Assembly (NCBI RefSeq): GCF_009914755.1
Contig: NC_060933.1
Reading direction: 5' to 3' (one strand)
Source of the DNA: the human T2T-CHM13v2.0 reference genome, Homo sapiens
DNA: 64,000 bases
Within the stretch, counting starts at the first letter, position 1; each line of letters starts with the position of its first letter. The translations under genes were made by a program, and so were the position numbers. Under the pieces are notes generated by a model. It saw nothing but the letters and a program-made list of their open reading frames with translations, was not told where the DNA came from and did no database searches. This document shows positions 14,901-30,200 of the stretch, piece by piece.

Positions 14901-17900
14901 CTATTCAATTCCCTTACACTCCATTATATTCCAATCCATTCTGGTTGTGTCCATTCCATTCCATTCCATTTCACTCCATTCCATTGCACTCGGGTTGATT
15001 CCATTCCATTCCATTCCATTGCATTCCATTCCATTCCATTCCGGATGATTCCATTCCATTGCCTTCCATTCCATTCCATTCCCCTGCAGTCGGGTTGATT
15101 CCATTCCATTCCATTCCATTCCATTCCATTCCATTCCATTCCATTCCGTTCCGTTCCATTCCATTCCATTCCATTCTATTCGGGTTAATTCCATTCCATT
15201 CCATTCCATTCCATTCCAATCGAGTTGATTCCATTCCATTCCATTCCATTCCATTCCACTCCATTCCAGTCCTTTCCATTCCATTCCACTCGGGTTGATT
15301 CCAATGTATTCCTTTCCATTCCATTCCATTCCATTGCAATCGAGTTGATTCCATTGCTTTGCATTCCATTCCATTCCATTCCATTCCGGATGATTCCATT
15401 CCATTGCATTCCATTCCATTCTATTCCCCTGCACTCGGGTTGATTCCATTCCATTCCATTCCATTCCATCACAATCGAGTTGGTTCCATTCCATTCCATT
15501 CCATTCCATTCCATTCCGGATGATTCCATTCCATTACATTCCGTTCCATTACATTCCCCTGCACTCGGGTTGATTCCATTCCATTCCATTCCATTCCATT
15601 CGATTCCATTCCATTCCAATTATTTCCATTCCATTCTATTCCGTACCATTCCATTCCATTCCATACCATTCCAGTCCATTCCATTCCATTCTATTCCATT
15701 CCATTGCAATCGAGTTGAATCCATTGCATTCCATTCTATTTCATTCCATTCCATTCCGTTCCATTCCATTCCATTACATTCGGATTGATTCTATTCCACT
15801 CCCTTACTCTCCATTACATTCCATTCCATTCGGGTTGTTTCTTTCCATTCCATTCCATTCCACTTCATTCCATTGCACTCAGGTTGATTCCATTCCATTC
15901 CATTCCATTCCGGAAGATTCCATTCCATTGCATTCCATTACATTCCATTCCCCTGCACTCGCGTTGATTATATTCCATTCCATTCCATTCCATTCCATTC
16001 CATTCCTTTCCGTTCCATTCCATTCCATTCCGTTCCGTTCCGTTCCAATCCATTCCATTCCATTCTATTCGGGTTAATTCCATTCCATTTCATTCGATTG
16101 CAATCGAGTTGATTCCATTCCATTCCATTCCATTCCATTCCATTCCATTCCATTCCATTCCATTCCATTACGGATGATTCCATTCCATTGCATTCCATTC
16201 CATTCCATTCCCCTGTATTCGGGTTGACTCCATTCCATTCCATTCCAATCCATGCCATTCCGCTCGTGTTGATTCAATTCTTTCCATTCCACTCAAGTTG
16301 AATCCATTCCATTGCATTCCATTCCATTCGATTCCATTCGATTGCACTCGGGTTGATTCCATTCCATTGCATTCCATTCCATTCCATTTCATTACATTCC
16401 ATTCCTTTCCATTCCATTCCATTCCATTCAATTCCATTGCAATCGAGTTGATTCCATTCCATTCCTTTCCATTCCATTCCATTGCCTTGCATTCCACTCG
16501 GGTTAATTCCATTCCCTTCTTTCCACTCCATTACATTCCCTTCCATTTCACTCGCAATGATTGATTCCATTCCATTCCATTCCATTTCATTCCATTGCAA
16601 TCCATTCCAATCCATTCCATTCCATTCCATTCCACTCGAGTTGATTTCATTCCATTCCATTCCATTCCATTCCATTCCTTTCCACTCGAGTTGATTCCAT
16701 TCCATGCCATTCCATTGCATTCCATTCCATGCCATTCCACTCGCGTTGATTCCATTCCATTCCATTCCATTCCATTCCAATCCATTGCATTCCATTCCAT
16801 TCCATTCCCCTGCACTCTGGTTGATTCCATTCCATTCCATTCCATTTAATTCCATTCCATTCCATTCCATTCCATTCCATTCCAATCCGTTCCATTCCAT
16901 TCCATTCCATTCTATTGCAATCGACTTGATTCCATTCCATTCCATTCCATTCCATTCCATTCCATTCCATTTTGTTCCAATCCATTCTATTCCGAACCAT
17001 TCCATTCCATTCCATTCCATTCCATTCCATTCCATTCCATGCCATTCCACTCGGTTTGATTCCAATCCTTTCCATTCCATTCCATTCCATTCCATTACAA
17101 TCGAGTTGATTCCATTCCATTCCATTCTATTCCAGTCCTTTCCATTCCATTCCACTCGGGTTGATTCCATTCTATTAGTTTCCATTCCATTCCATTCCCT
17201 TCCATTCCACTCTGGTTGATTCCATTCCTTTCCATTCCACTCGAATACATTCCCTCCTATTACACTCGGAACGATTCCATTCCATTCCATTCCATTCCAT
17301 TCCATTCCATTCCATTTCGTTCCATTCCATTCTATTCCGTATCATTCCATTCCATTCCATTCCATTCCATTCCATTCCATTGTACTCGGGTTGATTCCAT
17401 TCCATTGCAATCCATTCCATTCCATTCCATTCCATTCCATTCCATTCCATTCCATTCCATTCCGTTCCATTCCATTACATTCGGATTGATTCTTTTGAAC
17501 TCCCTTACTCTCCATTACATTCCATTCCATTCGGATTGTTCCATTCCATTCCATTCCATTCCACTCCATTCCATTGCACTCGGGTTGATTCCATTCCATT
17601 GCATTCCATTCCATTCCGGATGATTCCATTCCATTGCATTCCGTTCCATTACATTCCCCTGCACTCGGGTTGATTCCATTCCATTCCATTCCATTGCATT
17701 CGATTCCATTCCATTCCCCTGCACTCGCGTTGATTCCATTCCATTCCATTCCATTCCATTCCTTTCCATTCCAGTCCTTTCCATTCCATTCCACTCGGGT
17801 TGATTCCATTCTATTAGTTTCCATTCCATTCCATTCCCTTCCTTTCCACTCTGGTTGATTCCATTCCTTTCCATTCCACTCGAATACATTCCCTCCTATT

Positions 17901-20900
17901 CCACTCAGAACGACTCCATTCCATTCCATTCCATTCCATTCCATTCCATTCCATTCCATTCCATTTCTTTCCATTCCATTCTATTCCGTATCATTCCATT
18001 CCATTCCATTCCATTCCATTCCATTCCATTCCATTCCATTGTACTCGGGTTGATTCCATTCCATTCCATTCCATTCCATTCCATTCCATTCCATTCCATT
18101 CCGTTCCATTCCATTACATTCGGATTGATTCTTTTCAACTCCCTTACTCTCCATTACATTCCATTCCATTCGGATTCTTCCATTCCATTCCATTCCATTC
18201 CACTCCATTCCATTGCACTCGGGTTGATTCCATTCCATTCCATTCCATTCCATTCCGGATGATTCCATTCCATTGCATTCCGTTCCATTACATTCCCCTG
18301 CACTCGCGTTGATTCCATTCCATTCCATTCCATTCCATTCAATTCCATTCCATTACAATTCGTTCCATTGCATTCTATTCCGTACCATTCCATTCCATTC
18401 CATACCATTCCATTCCATTCCATTCCATTCCATTCCGTTCCATTCCGTTCCATTCCATTCCATTCCATTCTATTCGGATTAATTCCATTCCATTGCATTC
18501 CATTCCATTCTATTCCATTCCATTGCAATCTATTTGAATCCATTGCATTTCATTCCATTCCATTCCATTCCATTCCATTCCATTCCGGAAGATTCCATTC
18601 CATTGCATTCCATTCCATTCCATTCCCCTGCAGTCGCATTGATTCCATTCCATTCCATTCCATTCCATTCCGTTCCGTTCCATTCCATTCCATTCCATTC
18701 CATTCCATTCCATTCCGTTCCGTTCCATTCCATTCCATTCCATTCTATTCGGGTTAATTCCATTCCATTCCATTCGATTGCAATCGAGTTGATTCCATTC
18801 CATTCCATTCCATTCCATTCCATTCCATTCCATTCCTTTCCATTCCATTACGGATGATTCCATTCCATTGCATTCCATTCCATTCCATTCCCCTGTACTC
18901 GGGTTGATTCCATTCCATTCCATTCCAATCCATGCCATTCCACTCGTGTTGATTCCATTCTTTCCATTGCATTCAAGTTGAATCCATTCCATTGCATTCC
19001 ATTCCATTCGATTCCATTCGATTGCACTCGGGTTCATTCCATTCCATTGCATTCCAATCGATTCCATTCCATTCCATTCCATTCCATTCCGTTCCATTCC
19101 ATTCCATTACATTCGGATTGATTCTATTCAATTCCCTTACACTCCATTACATTCCATTCCATTCGGGTAGTTTCCATTCCATTCCATTCCATTCCTCTCC
19201 ATTCCATTGCACTCGGGTTGATTCCATTCCATTGCATTCCATTCCATTCCATTCAATTCCATTCCGTTCCATTCCATTACATTACATTCGGATTGATTCT
19301 ATTCAACTCCCTTACTCTCCATTACATTCCATTCCATTCGGGTTGTTCCATTCCATTCCATTCCATTCCACTCCATTCCATTGCACTCGGGTTGATTCCA
19401 TTCCATTCCATTCCATTCCATTCCGGATGATTCCATTCCATTGCGTTCCGTTCCATTACATTCCCCTGCACTCGGGTTGATTCCATTCCATTCCATTCTA
19501 TTCCATTCGATTCCATTCCATTCCCCTGCACTCGCGTTGATTCCATTCCATTCCATTCCATTCCATTCCATTACATTCCTTTCCATTCCAGTCCTTTCCA
19601 TTCCATTCCACTCAGGTTGATTCCATTCTATTAGTTTCCAATCCATTCCATTCCCTTCCATTCCACTCTGGTTGATTCCATTCCTTTCCATTCCACTCGA
19701 ATACATTCCTTCCTATTAGACTCGGAACGATTCCATTCCGTTCCATTCCATTCCATTCCATTCCATTCCATTTCGTTCCATTCCATTCTATTCCTTATCA
19801 TTCCATTCCATTCCATTCCATTCCATTCCATTCCACTCGTGTTGATTCCATTCCTTTCCATTCCATTCGGTTTGAAGGCATTCCATTCCATTCCATTCCA
19901 TTCCATTCCATTCCATTCCATTCCATTCCATTCCGTTTCATTGTACTCGGGTTGATTCCATTCCATTGCATTCCATTCCATTCCATTCCATTCCATTCCG
20001 TTGCATTCAATTCCATTTCATTCGGATTGATTCTATTCAACTCCCTTACTCTCCATTACATTCCATTCCATTCGGGTTGTTCCATTCTTTTCCATTCCAT
20101 TCCATTCCACTCCATTCCATTGCACTCGGGTTGATTCCATTCCATTCCATTCCATTCCATTCCATTCCGGATGATTCCATTCCGTTGCATTCCGTTCCAT
20201 TACATTCCCCTGCACTCGCGTTGATTCCATTCCATTCCATTCCATTCCATTCAATTCCATTCCATTACAATTCGTTCCATTCCATTCTATTCCGTACCAT
20301 TCCATTCCATTCCATACCATTCCATTCCATTCCATTCCATTCCATTCCGTTCCATTCCGTTCCATTCCATTCCATTCCATTCTATTCGGGTTAATTCCAT
20401 TCCATTCCATTCCATTCCATTCCATTCCATTCTATTCCATTCCATTGCAATCGAGTTGAATCCATTGCATTTCATTCCATTCCATTCCATTCCATTCCAT
20501 TCCGGAAGATTCCATTCCATTGCATTCCATTCCATTCCATTCCCCTGCACTCGCGTTTATTCCATTCCATTCCATTCCATTCCATTCCATTCCGTTCCGT
20601 TCCGTTCCATTCCATTCCATTCCGTTCCGTTCCATTCCATTCCATTCCATTCTATTCGGGTTAATTCCATTCCATTCCATTCGATTGCAGTCGAGTTGAT
20701 TCCATTCCATTCCATTCCATTCCATTCCATTCCATTCCTTTCCATTCCATTACGGATGATTCCATTCCATTGCATTCCATTCCATTCCATTCCCCTGTAC
20801 TCGGGTTGATTCCATTCCATTCCATTCCAATCCATGCCATTCCACTCGTGTTGATTCCATTCTTTCCATTCCATTCAAGTTGAATCCATTCCATTGCATT

Positions 20901-23900
20901 CCATTCCATTCGATTCCATTCGATTGCACTCGGGTTGATTCCATTCCATTGCATTCCATTCCATTCCATTCCATTCCATTCCATTCCGTTCCTTTCCATT
21001 TCATTACATTCAGATTGATTCTATTCAATTCCCTTACACTCCATTATATTCCAATCCATTCTGGTTGTTTCCATTCCATTCCATTCCATTTCACTCCATT
21101 CCATTGCACTCGGGTTGATTCCATTCCATTCCATTCCATTGCATTCCATTCCATTCCATTCCGGATGATTCCATTCCATTGCATTCCTTTCCATTCCATT
21201 CCCCTGCACTCGTGTTGATTCCATTCCATTCCATTCCATTCCATTACATTCCGTTCCATTCCATTCCATTCCATTCGGATTGATTCTACTCAATTCCCTG
21301 ACACTCCATTACATTACATTCCATTCGGGTAGTTTCCATTCCATTCCATTCCATTCCTCTCCATTCCATTGCTCTCGGGTTGATTCCATTCCATTCCATT
21401 CCATTCCATTCCATTCCATTCCATGCCATTCCATTCCATTCCATTCCGTTCCATTGTACTCGGGTTGATTCCATTCCATTGCATTCCATTCCATTCCATT
21501 CCATTCCATTTCATTCCATTCCATTCCTTTCCGTTCCATTCCATTACATTCGGATTGATTCTGTTCAACTCCCTAACTCTCCATTACATTCCATTCCATT
21601 CGCGTTGTTCCATTCCATTCCATTCCATTCCACTCCATTCCATTGCACTCGGGTTGATTCCATTCCATTCCATTCCATTCAATTCCATTCCATTCCATTC
21701 CGGATGATTCCATTCCATTGCATTCCGTTCCATTACATTCCCCTGCACTCGGGTTGATTCCATTCCATTCCACTCCATTGCATTCGATTCCATTCCATTC
21801 CAATTCTTTCCATTCCATTCTATTCCGTAACATTCCATTCCATTCCATACAATTCCATTCCATTCCATTCCACTCCGTTCCGTTCCGTTCCGTTCCGTTC
21901 CATTCCATTCCATTCCATTCTATTCGGTTTAATTCCATTCCATTCCATTCCATTCCATTCTATTCCATTCCATTGCAATCGAGTTGAATCTATTGCATTC
22001 CATTCCATTCCATTCCATTCCATTCCATTCCGGAAGATTCCATTCCATTGCATTCCATTCCATTCCATTCCATTCCATTGTACTCGGGTTGATTCCATTC
22101 CATTGCATTCCATTCCATTCCATTCCATTCCGTTCCATTCCATTCCATTGCATTCGGATTGATTCTTTTCAACTCCCTTACTCTCCATTACATTCCATTC
22201 CATTCGGGTTGATTCCATTCCATTCCATTCCATTCCATTCCGGATGATTCCATTCCATTGCATTCCGTTCCATTACATTCCCCTGCACTCGGGTTTATTC
22301 CATTCCATTCCATTCCATTCCATTCGATTCCATTCCATTCTCCTGCACTCGCGTTGATTCCATTCCATTCCATTCCATTCCATTCCATTCCATTCCATTC
22401 CATTCCATTCCTTTCCATTCCAGTCCTTTCCATTCCATTCCACTCGGGTTGATTCCATTCTATTAGTTTCCATTCCATTCCATTCCCTTCCATTCCACTC
22501 TGGTTGATTCCATTCCTTTCCATTCCACTCGAATACATTCCCTCCTATTCCACTCGGAACGATTCCATTCCATTCCATTCCATTCCATTCCATTCCATTC
22601 CATTCCATTTCGTTGCATTCCATTCTATTCCGTATCATTCCATTCCATTCCATTCCATTCCATTCCATTCCATTCCATTCCACTCGTGTTGATTCCATTC
22701 CTTTCCATTCCATTCGATTTGAAGGCATTCCATTCTATTCCATTCCATTCCATTCCATTCCATTCCATTCCATTGTACTCGGGTTGATTCCATTCCATTG
22801 CATTCAATTCCATTCCATTCCATTCCTTTCCATTCCGTTGCATTCCATTCCATTACATTCGGATTGATTCTATTCATCTCCCTTACTCTCCATTACATTC
22901 CATTCCATTCGGGTTGTTCCATTCCATTCCATTCCATTCCACTCCATTCCATTGCACTCGGGTTGATTCCATTCCATTCCATTCCATTCCATTCGATGTC
23001 ATTCCATTCCAATTCTTTCCATTCCATTCTATTCCGTACCATGCCATTCCATTCCATACAATTCCATTCCATTCCATTCCACTCCGTTCCGTTCCGTTCC
23101 GTTCCGTTCCATTCCATTCCATTCCATTCTATTCGGGTTAATTCCATTCCATTCCATTCGATTGCAATCGAGTTGATTCCATTCCATTCAATTCCATTCC
23201 ATTCCATTCCATTCCATTCCATTCCATTCCTTTCCATTCCATTACGGATGATTCCATTCCATTGCATTCCATTCCATTCCATTCCCCTGTACTCGGGTTG
23301 ATTCCATTCCATTCCATTCCAATCCATGCCATTCCACTCGTGTTGATTCCATTCTTTCCATTCCATTCAAGTTGAATCCATTCCATTGCCTTCCATTCCA
23401 TTCCATTCCCCTGCAGTCGGGTTGATTCCATTCCATTCCATTCCATTCCACTCCATTCCATTCCATTCCGTTCCGTTCCGTTCCATTCCATTCCATTCCA
23501 TTCTATTCGGGTTAATTCCATTCCATTCCATTCCATTCCAATCGAGTTGATTCCATTCCATTCCATTCCATTCCATTCCACTCCATTCCAGTCCTTTCCG
23601 TTCCATTCCACTCGGGTTGATTCCAATGAATTCCTTTCCATTCCATTCCATTCCATTGCAATCGAGTTGATTCCATTGCTTTGCATTCCATTCCATTCCA
23701 TTCCATTCCGGATGATTCCATTCCATTGCATTCCATTCCATTCCATTCCCCTGCACTCGGGTTGATTCCATTCCATTCCATTCCATTCCATTCCATTCCT
23801 TTCCATTCCATTTCGTTCCATTCCATTCTATTCCGTATCATTCCATTCCATTCCATTCCATTCCATTCCATTCCATTCCATTCCATTCCATTGTACTCGG

Positions 23901-26373
23901 GTTGATTCAATTCCATTGCATTCCATTCCATTCCATTCCATTCCATTCCGTTGCATTCCATTCCATTACATTCGGATTGATTCTATTCAACTCCCTTACT
24001 CTCCATTACATTCCATTCCATTCTGGTTGTTCCATTCCATTCCATTCCATTCCATTCCACTCCATTCCATTGCACTCGGGTTGATTCCATTCCATTCCAT
24101 TCCATTCCATTCCATTCCGGATGATTCCATTCCATTGCATTCCTTTCCATTACATTCCCCTGGACTCGCGTAGATTCCATTCCATTCCATTCCATTCCAT
24201 TCCATTGCATTACAATTCGTTCCATTCCATTCTATTCCGTACCATTCCATTCCATTCCATACAATTCCATTCCATTCCATTCCATTCCATTCCGTTCCAT
24301 TGCATTCCATTCCATTCTATTCGGATTAATTCCATTCCATTCCATTCCATTCCATTCTATTCCATTCCATTGCAATCGAGTTGAATCCATTGCATTTCAT
24401 TCCATTCCATTCCATTTCATTCCATTCCGGAAGATTCCATTCCATTGCATTCCATTCCATTCCATTCCCCTGCACTCGCGTTGATTCCATTCCATTCCAT
24501 TCCATTCCATTCCGTTACGTTCCATTCCATTCCATTCCATTCCATTCCATTCCGTTCCGTTCCATTCCATTCCATTCCATTCTATTCGGGTTAATTCCAT
24601 TCCATTCCATTCGATTGCAATCGAGTTGATTCCATTCCATTCCATTCCACTCCATTCCATTCCATTCCATTCCTTTCAATTCCCTTACGGTTGATTCCAT
24701 TCCATTGCATTCCATTCCATTCCATTCCCCTGTACTCGGGTTGATTCCATTCCATTCCATTCCAATCCATGCCATTCCACTCCTGTTGATTCCATTCTTT
24801 CCATTCCATTCAAGTTGAATCCATTCCATTGCATTCCATTCCATTCGATTCCATTTGATTGCACTCGGGTTGATTCCATTCCATTGCATTCCATTCCATT
24901 CCATTCCATTCCGTTCCATTCCGTTCCATTCCATTCCATTACATTCGGATTTATTCTATTCAATTCCCTTACACCCCATTACATTCCATTCGGGTAGTTT
25001 CCATTGCATTCCATTCCATTCCTCTCCATTCCATTGCACTCGGGTTGATTCCATTCCATTGCATTCCATTCCATTCCATTCAATTCCATTCCGTTCCATT
25101 CCATTCCATTACATTCGAATTGATTCTATTCAACTCCCTTACTCTCCATTACATTCCATTCCATTCGGGTTGTTCCATTCCATTCCATTCCACTCCATTC
25201 CATTGCACTCGGGTTGATTCCATTCAATTCCATTCCATTCCATTCCATTCCATTCCATTCCGGAAGATTCCATTCCATTGCATTCCATTCCATTCCATTC
25301 CCCTGCACTCGCGTTGATTCCATTCCATTCCATTCTATTCCATTCCATTCCCTTCCTTTCCGTTCCATTCCATTCCATTCCATTCCATTCCATTCCGTTC
25401 CGTTCCATTCCATTCCATTCCAGTCTATTCGGGTTAATTGCATTCCATTCCATTCGATTGCAATCGAGTTGATTCCATTCCATTCCATTCCATTCCATTC
25501 CTTTCCATTCCATTACGGATGATTCCATTCCATTGCATTCCATTCCATTCCATTCCCCTGTACTCGGGTTGATTCCATTCCATTCCATTCCAATCCATGC
25601 CATTCCACTCGTGTTGATTCCATTCTTTCCATTCCATTCAATTTGAATCCATTCCATTGCATTCCATTCCATTCGATTCCATTCGATTGCACTCGGGTTG
25701 ATTCCATTCCATTGCATTCCATTCCATTCCATTCCATTCCATTCCATTCCGTTCCATTCCATTCCATTACATTCGGATTGATTCTATTCAATTCCCTTAC
25801 ACTCCATTACATTCCATTCCATTCGGGTAGTTTCCATTCCATTCCATTCCATTCCTCTCCATTCCATTGCACTCGGGTTGATTCCATTCCATTGCATTCC
25901 ATTCCATTCCATTCAATTCCATTCCGTTGCATTCCATTCCATTACATTCAGATTGATTCTATTCAACTCCCTTACTCTGCATTACATTCCATTCCATTCG
26001 GGTTGCTCCATTCCATTCCATTCCATTCCACTCCATTCCATTGCACTCTGGTTGATTCCATTCCATTCCATTCCATTCCATTCCATTCCATTCCATTCCA
26101 TTCCATTCCGGAAGATTCCATTCCATTGCATTCCATTCCATTCCATTCCCATGCACTCGCGTTGATTCCATTCCATTCCATTCTATTCCATTCCTTTCCC
26201 TTCCTTTCCCTTCCACTCCATTCCATTCCATTCCATTCCATTCCATTCCGTTCCGTTCCATTCCATTCCATTCCATTCTATTCGGGTTAATTCCATTCCA
26301 TTCCTTTCGATTGCAATCGAGTTGATTCCATTCCATTCCATTCCATTCCATTCCATTCCTTTCCATTCCATTA
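14653..26373 (+). repeat. Macro-duplication copy 2 (about 11.7 kb; extra segments of about 1.86 kb and 365 bp)
   Basis: Offsets to copy 1 step from about 9493 to 11356 (CGATGTCATT 11638/22994) to 11721 (GGACTCGCGTAG 12441/24162). CCTATAC recurs at 26415. Confidence 0.85.
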
Positions 26374-27200
26374 CGGATGATTCCATTCCATTGCATTCCA
26401 TTCCATTCCATTCCCCTATACTCGGGTTGATTCCATTCCATTCCATTCCAATCCATGCCATTCCACTCGTGTTGATTCCATTGTTTCCATTCCATTCAAT
26501 TTGAATCCATTCCATTGCATTCCATTCCATTCGATTCCATTCGATTGCACTCGGGTTGATTCCATTCCATTGCATTGCATTCCATTCCATTCCATTCCAT
26601 TCCATTCCATTCCGTTCCATTCCATTTCATTACATTCAGATTGATTCTATTCAATTCCCTTACACTCCATTATATTCCAATCCATTCTGGTTGTGTCCAT
26701 TCCATTCCATTCCAATTCACTCCATTCCATTGCACTCGGGTTGATTCCATTCCATTCCATTCCATTGCATTCCATTCCATTCCATTCCGGATGATTCCAT
26801 TCCATTGCCTTCCATTCCATTCCATTCCCCTGCAGTCGGGTTGATTCCATTCCATTCCATTCCATTCCATTCCATTCCATTCCATTCCATTCCATTCCGT
26901 TCCGTTCCATTCCATTCCATTCCATTCTATTCGGGTTAATTCCATTCCATTCCATTCCATTCCATTCCAATCGAGTTGATTCCATTCCATTCCATTCCAT
27001 TCCATTCCACTCCATTCCAGTCCTTTCCATTCCATTCCACTCGGGTTGATTCCAATGTATTCCTTTCCATTCCATTCCATTCCATTGCAATCGAGTTGAT
27101 TCCATTGCTTTGCATTCCATTCCATTCCATTCCATTCCGGATGATTCCATTCCATTGCATTCCATTCCATTCCATTCCCCTGCACTCGGGTTGATTCCAT
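26374..27200 (+). repeat. Macro-duplication partial copy 3
   Basis: CCTATAC at 26415, CTGGTTGTGTCC at about 26687 and following words match 5150-5950 and 14653-15450, then diverge. Confidence 0.8.
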
Positions 27201-30200
27201 TCCATTCCATTCCATTCCATTCCATTCCATTCGATTCCATTTCGTTCCATTCCATTCTATTCCGTATCATTCCATTCCATTCCATTCCATTCCATTCCAT
27301 TCCATTGTACTCGTGTTGATTCAATTCCATTGCATTCCATTCCATTCCATTCCATTCCATTCCATTCCGTTGCATTCCATTCCATTACTTTCGGATTGAT
27401 TCTATTCAACTCCCTTACTCTCCATTACATTCCATTCCATTCTGGTTGTTCCATTCCATTCCATTCCATTCCATTGCACTCGGGTTGATTCCATTCCATT
27501 CCATTCCATTCCAATCCATTCCGGATGATTCCATTCCATTGCATTCCTTTCCATTACATTCCCCTGCACTCGCGTTGATTCCATTCCATTCCATTCCATT
27601 CCATTCCATTCCATTCAATTCCATTCCATTACAATTCGTTCCATTCCATTCTATTCCGTACCATTCCATTCCATTCCATACAATTCCATTCTATTCCATT
27701 CCATTCCATTCCGTTCCATTCCGTTCCATTGCATTCCATTCCATTCTATTCGGATTAATTCCATTCTATTCCATTCCATTCTATTCCATTCCATTGCAAT
27801 CGAGTTGAATCCATTGCATTTCATTCCATTCCATTCCATTCCATTCCGGAAGATTCCATTCCATTGCATTCCATTCCATTACATTCCCCTGCACTCGCGT
27901 GGATTCCATTCCATTCCATTCCATTCCATTCCGTTCCGTTGCATTCCATTCCATTCCATTCCATTCCATTCCGTTCCGTTCCATTCCATTCCATTCCATT
28001 CTATTCGGGTTAATTCCATTCCATTCCATTCGATTGCAATCGAGTTGATTCCATTCCATTCCATTCCATTCCATTCCATTCCATTCCATTCCTTTCCATT
28101 CCATTACGGTTTATTCCATTCCATTGCATTCCATTCCATTCCATTCCCATGTACTCGGGTTGATTCCATTCCATTCCATTCCAATCCATGCCATTCCACT
28201 CGTGTTGATTCCATTCTTTCCATTCCATTCAAGTTGAATCCATTCCATTGCATTCCATTCCATTCGATTCCATTTGATTGCACTCAGGTTGATTCCATTC
28301 CATTGCATTCCATTCCATTCCATTCCATTCCGTTCCATTACATTCCATTACATTCGGATTGATTCTATTCAATTCCCTTACACTCCATTACATTCCATTC
28401 GGGTAGTTTCCATTGCATTCCATTCCATTCCTCTCCATTCCATTGCACTCGGGTTGATTCCATTCCATTGCATTCCATTCCATTCCATTCAATTCCATTC
28501 CGTTCCATTCCATTCCATTACATTCGGATTGATTCTATTCAACTCCCTTACTCTCCATTACATTCCATTCCATTCGGGTTGTTCCATTCCATTCCATTCC
28601 ATTCCACTCCATTCCATTGCAATCGGGTTGATTCCATTCAATTCCATTCCATTCCATTCCATTCCATTCCGGAAGATTCCATTCCATTGCATTCCATTCC
28701 ATTCCATTCCCCTGCACTCGCGTTGATTCCATTCCATTCCATTCTATTCCATTCCATTCCCTTCCTTTCCGTTCCATTCCATTCCATTCCATTCCATTCC
28801 GTTCCGTTCCGTTCCATTCCATTCCATTCCATTCTATTCGGGTTAATTGCACTCCATTCCATTCGATTGCAATCGAGTTGATTCCATTCCATTCCATTCC
28901 ATTCCATTCCATTCCTTTCCATTCCATTATGGATGATTCCATTCCATTGCATTCCATTCCATTCCATTCCGCTGTACTCGGGTTGATTCCATTCCATTAC
29001 ATTCCAATCCATGCCATTCCACTCGTGTTGATTCCATTCTTTCCATTCCATTCAAGTTGAATCCATTCCATTGCATTCCATTCCATTCGATTCCATTCGA
29101 TTGCAGTCGGGTTGATTCCATTCCACTGCATTCCATTCCATTCCATTCCATTCCATTCAATTCCCTTCCGTTCCATTCCATTCCATTACATTCGGATTGA
29201 TTCTATTCAATTCCCTTAGATTCCATTACATTCCATTCCATTCGGGTAGTTTCCATTCCATTCCATTCCATTCCTCTCCATTCCATTGAACTCGGGTTGA
29301 TTCCATTCCATTCCATTCCATTCCATTCCATTCCATTCCATTCCATTGCAATCGAGTTGATTCCATTCCATTCCATTCCATTCCATTCCATTCCACTCCA
29401 TTCCAGTCCTTTCCATTCCATTCCACTCGGGTTGATTCCAATGTATTCCTTTCCATTCCATTCCATTCCATTGTAATCGAGTTGATTCCATTGGTTTGCA
29501 TGCCATTGCATTCCATTCCATTCCGGATGATTCCATTCCATTGCATTCCATTCCATTCCATTCCTCTCCATTCCATTGCACTCGGGTTGATTCCATTCCA
29601 TTCCATTCCATTCCATTCCATTCCATTACATTTCATTCCATTCCGTTCCTTTGTACTCGGGTTGATTCCATTCCATTGCATTCCATTCCATTCCATTCCA
29701 TTCCATTCCATTCCATTCCGTTCCATTCCATTACATTCGGATTGATTCTATTCAACTCCCTTACTCTCCATTCCATTCCATTCCATTCGGGTTGTTCCAT
29801 TCCATTCCATTCCATTCCACTCCATTCCATTGCGCTCGGGTTGATTCCATTCCATTCCATTCCATTCCATTCCATTCCATTCCATTCCATTCCATTCCGG
29901 ATGATTCCATTCCATTGCATTCCGTTCCATTACATTCCCTTGCACTCGGGTTCATTCCATTCCATTCCATTCCATTCCATTCGATTCCATTCCATTCCAA
30001 TTCTTTCCATTCCATTCTATTCCGTACCATTCCATTCCATTCCATACAATTCCATTCCATTCCATTCCACTCCGTTCCGTTCCTTTCCGTTCTGTTCCGT
30101 TCCATTCCATTCCATTCCATTCTATTCGGTTTAATTCCATTCCATTCCATTCCATTCCATTCCATTCTATTCCATTCCATTGCAATCGAGTTGAATCCAT

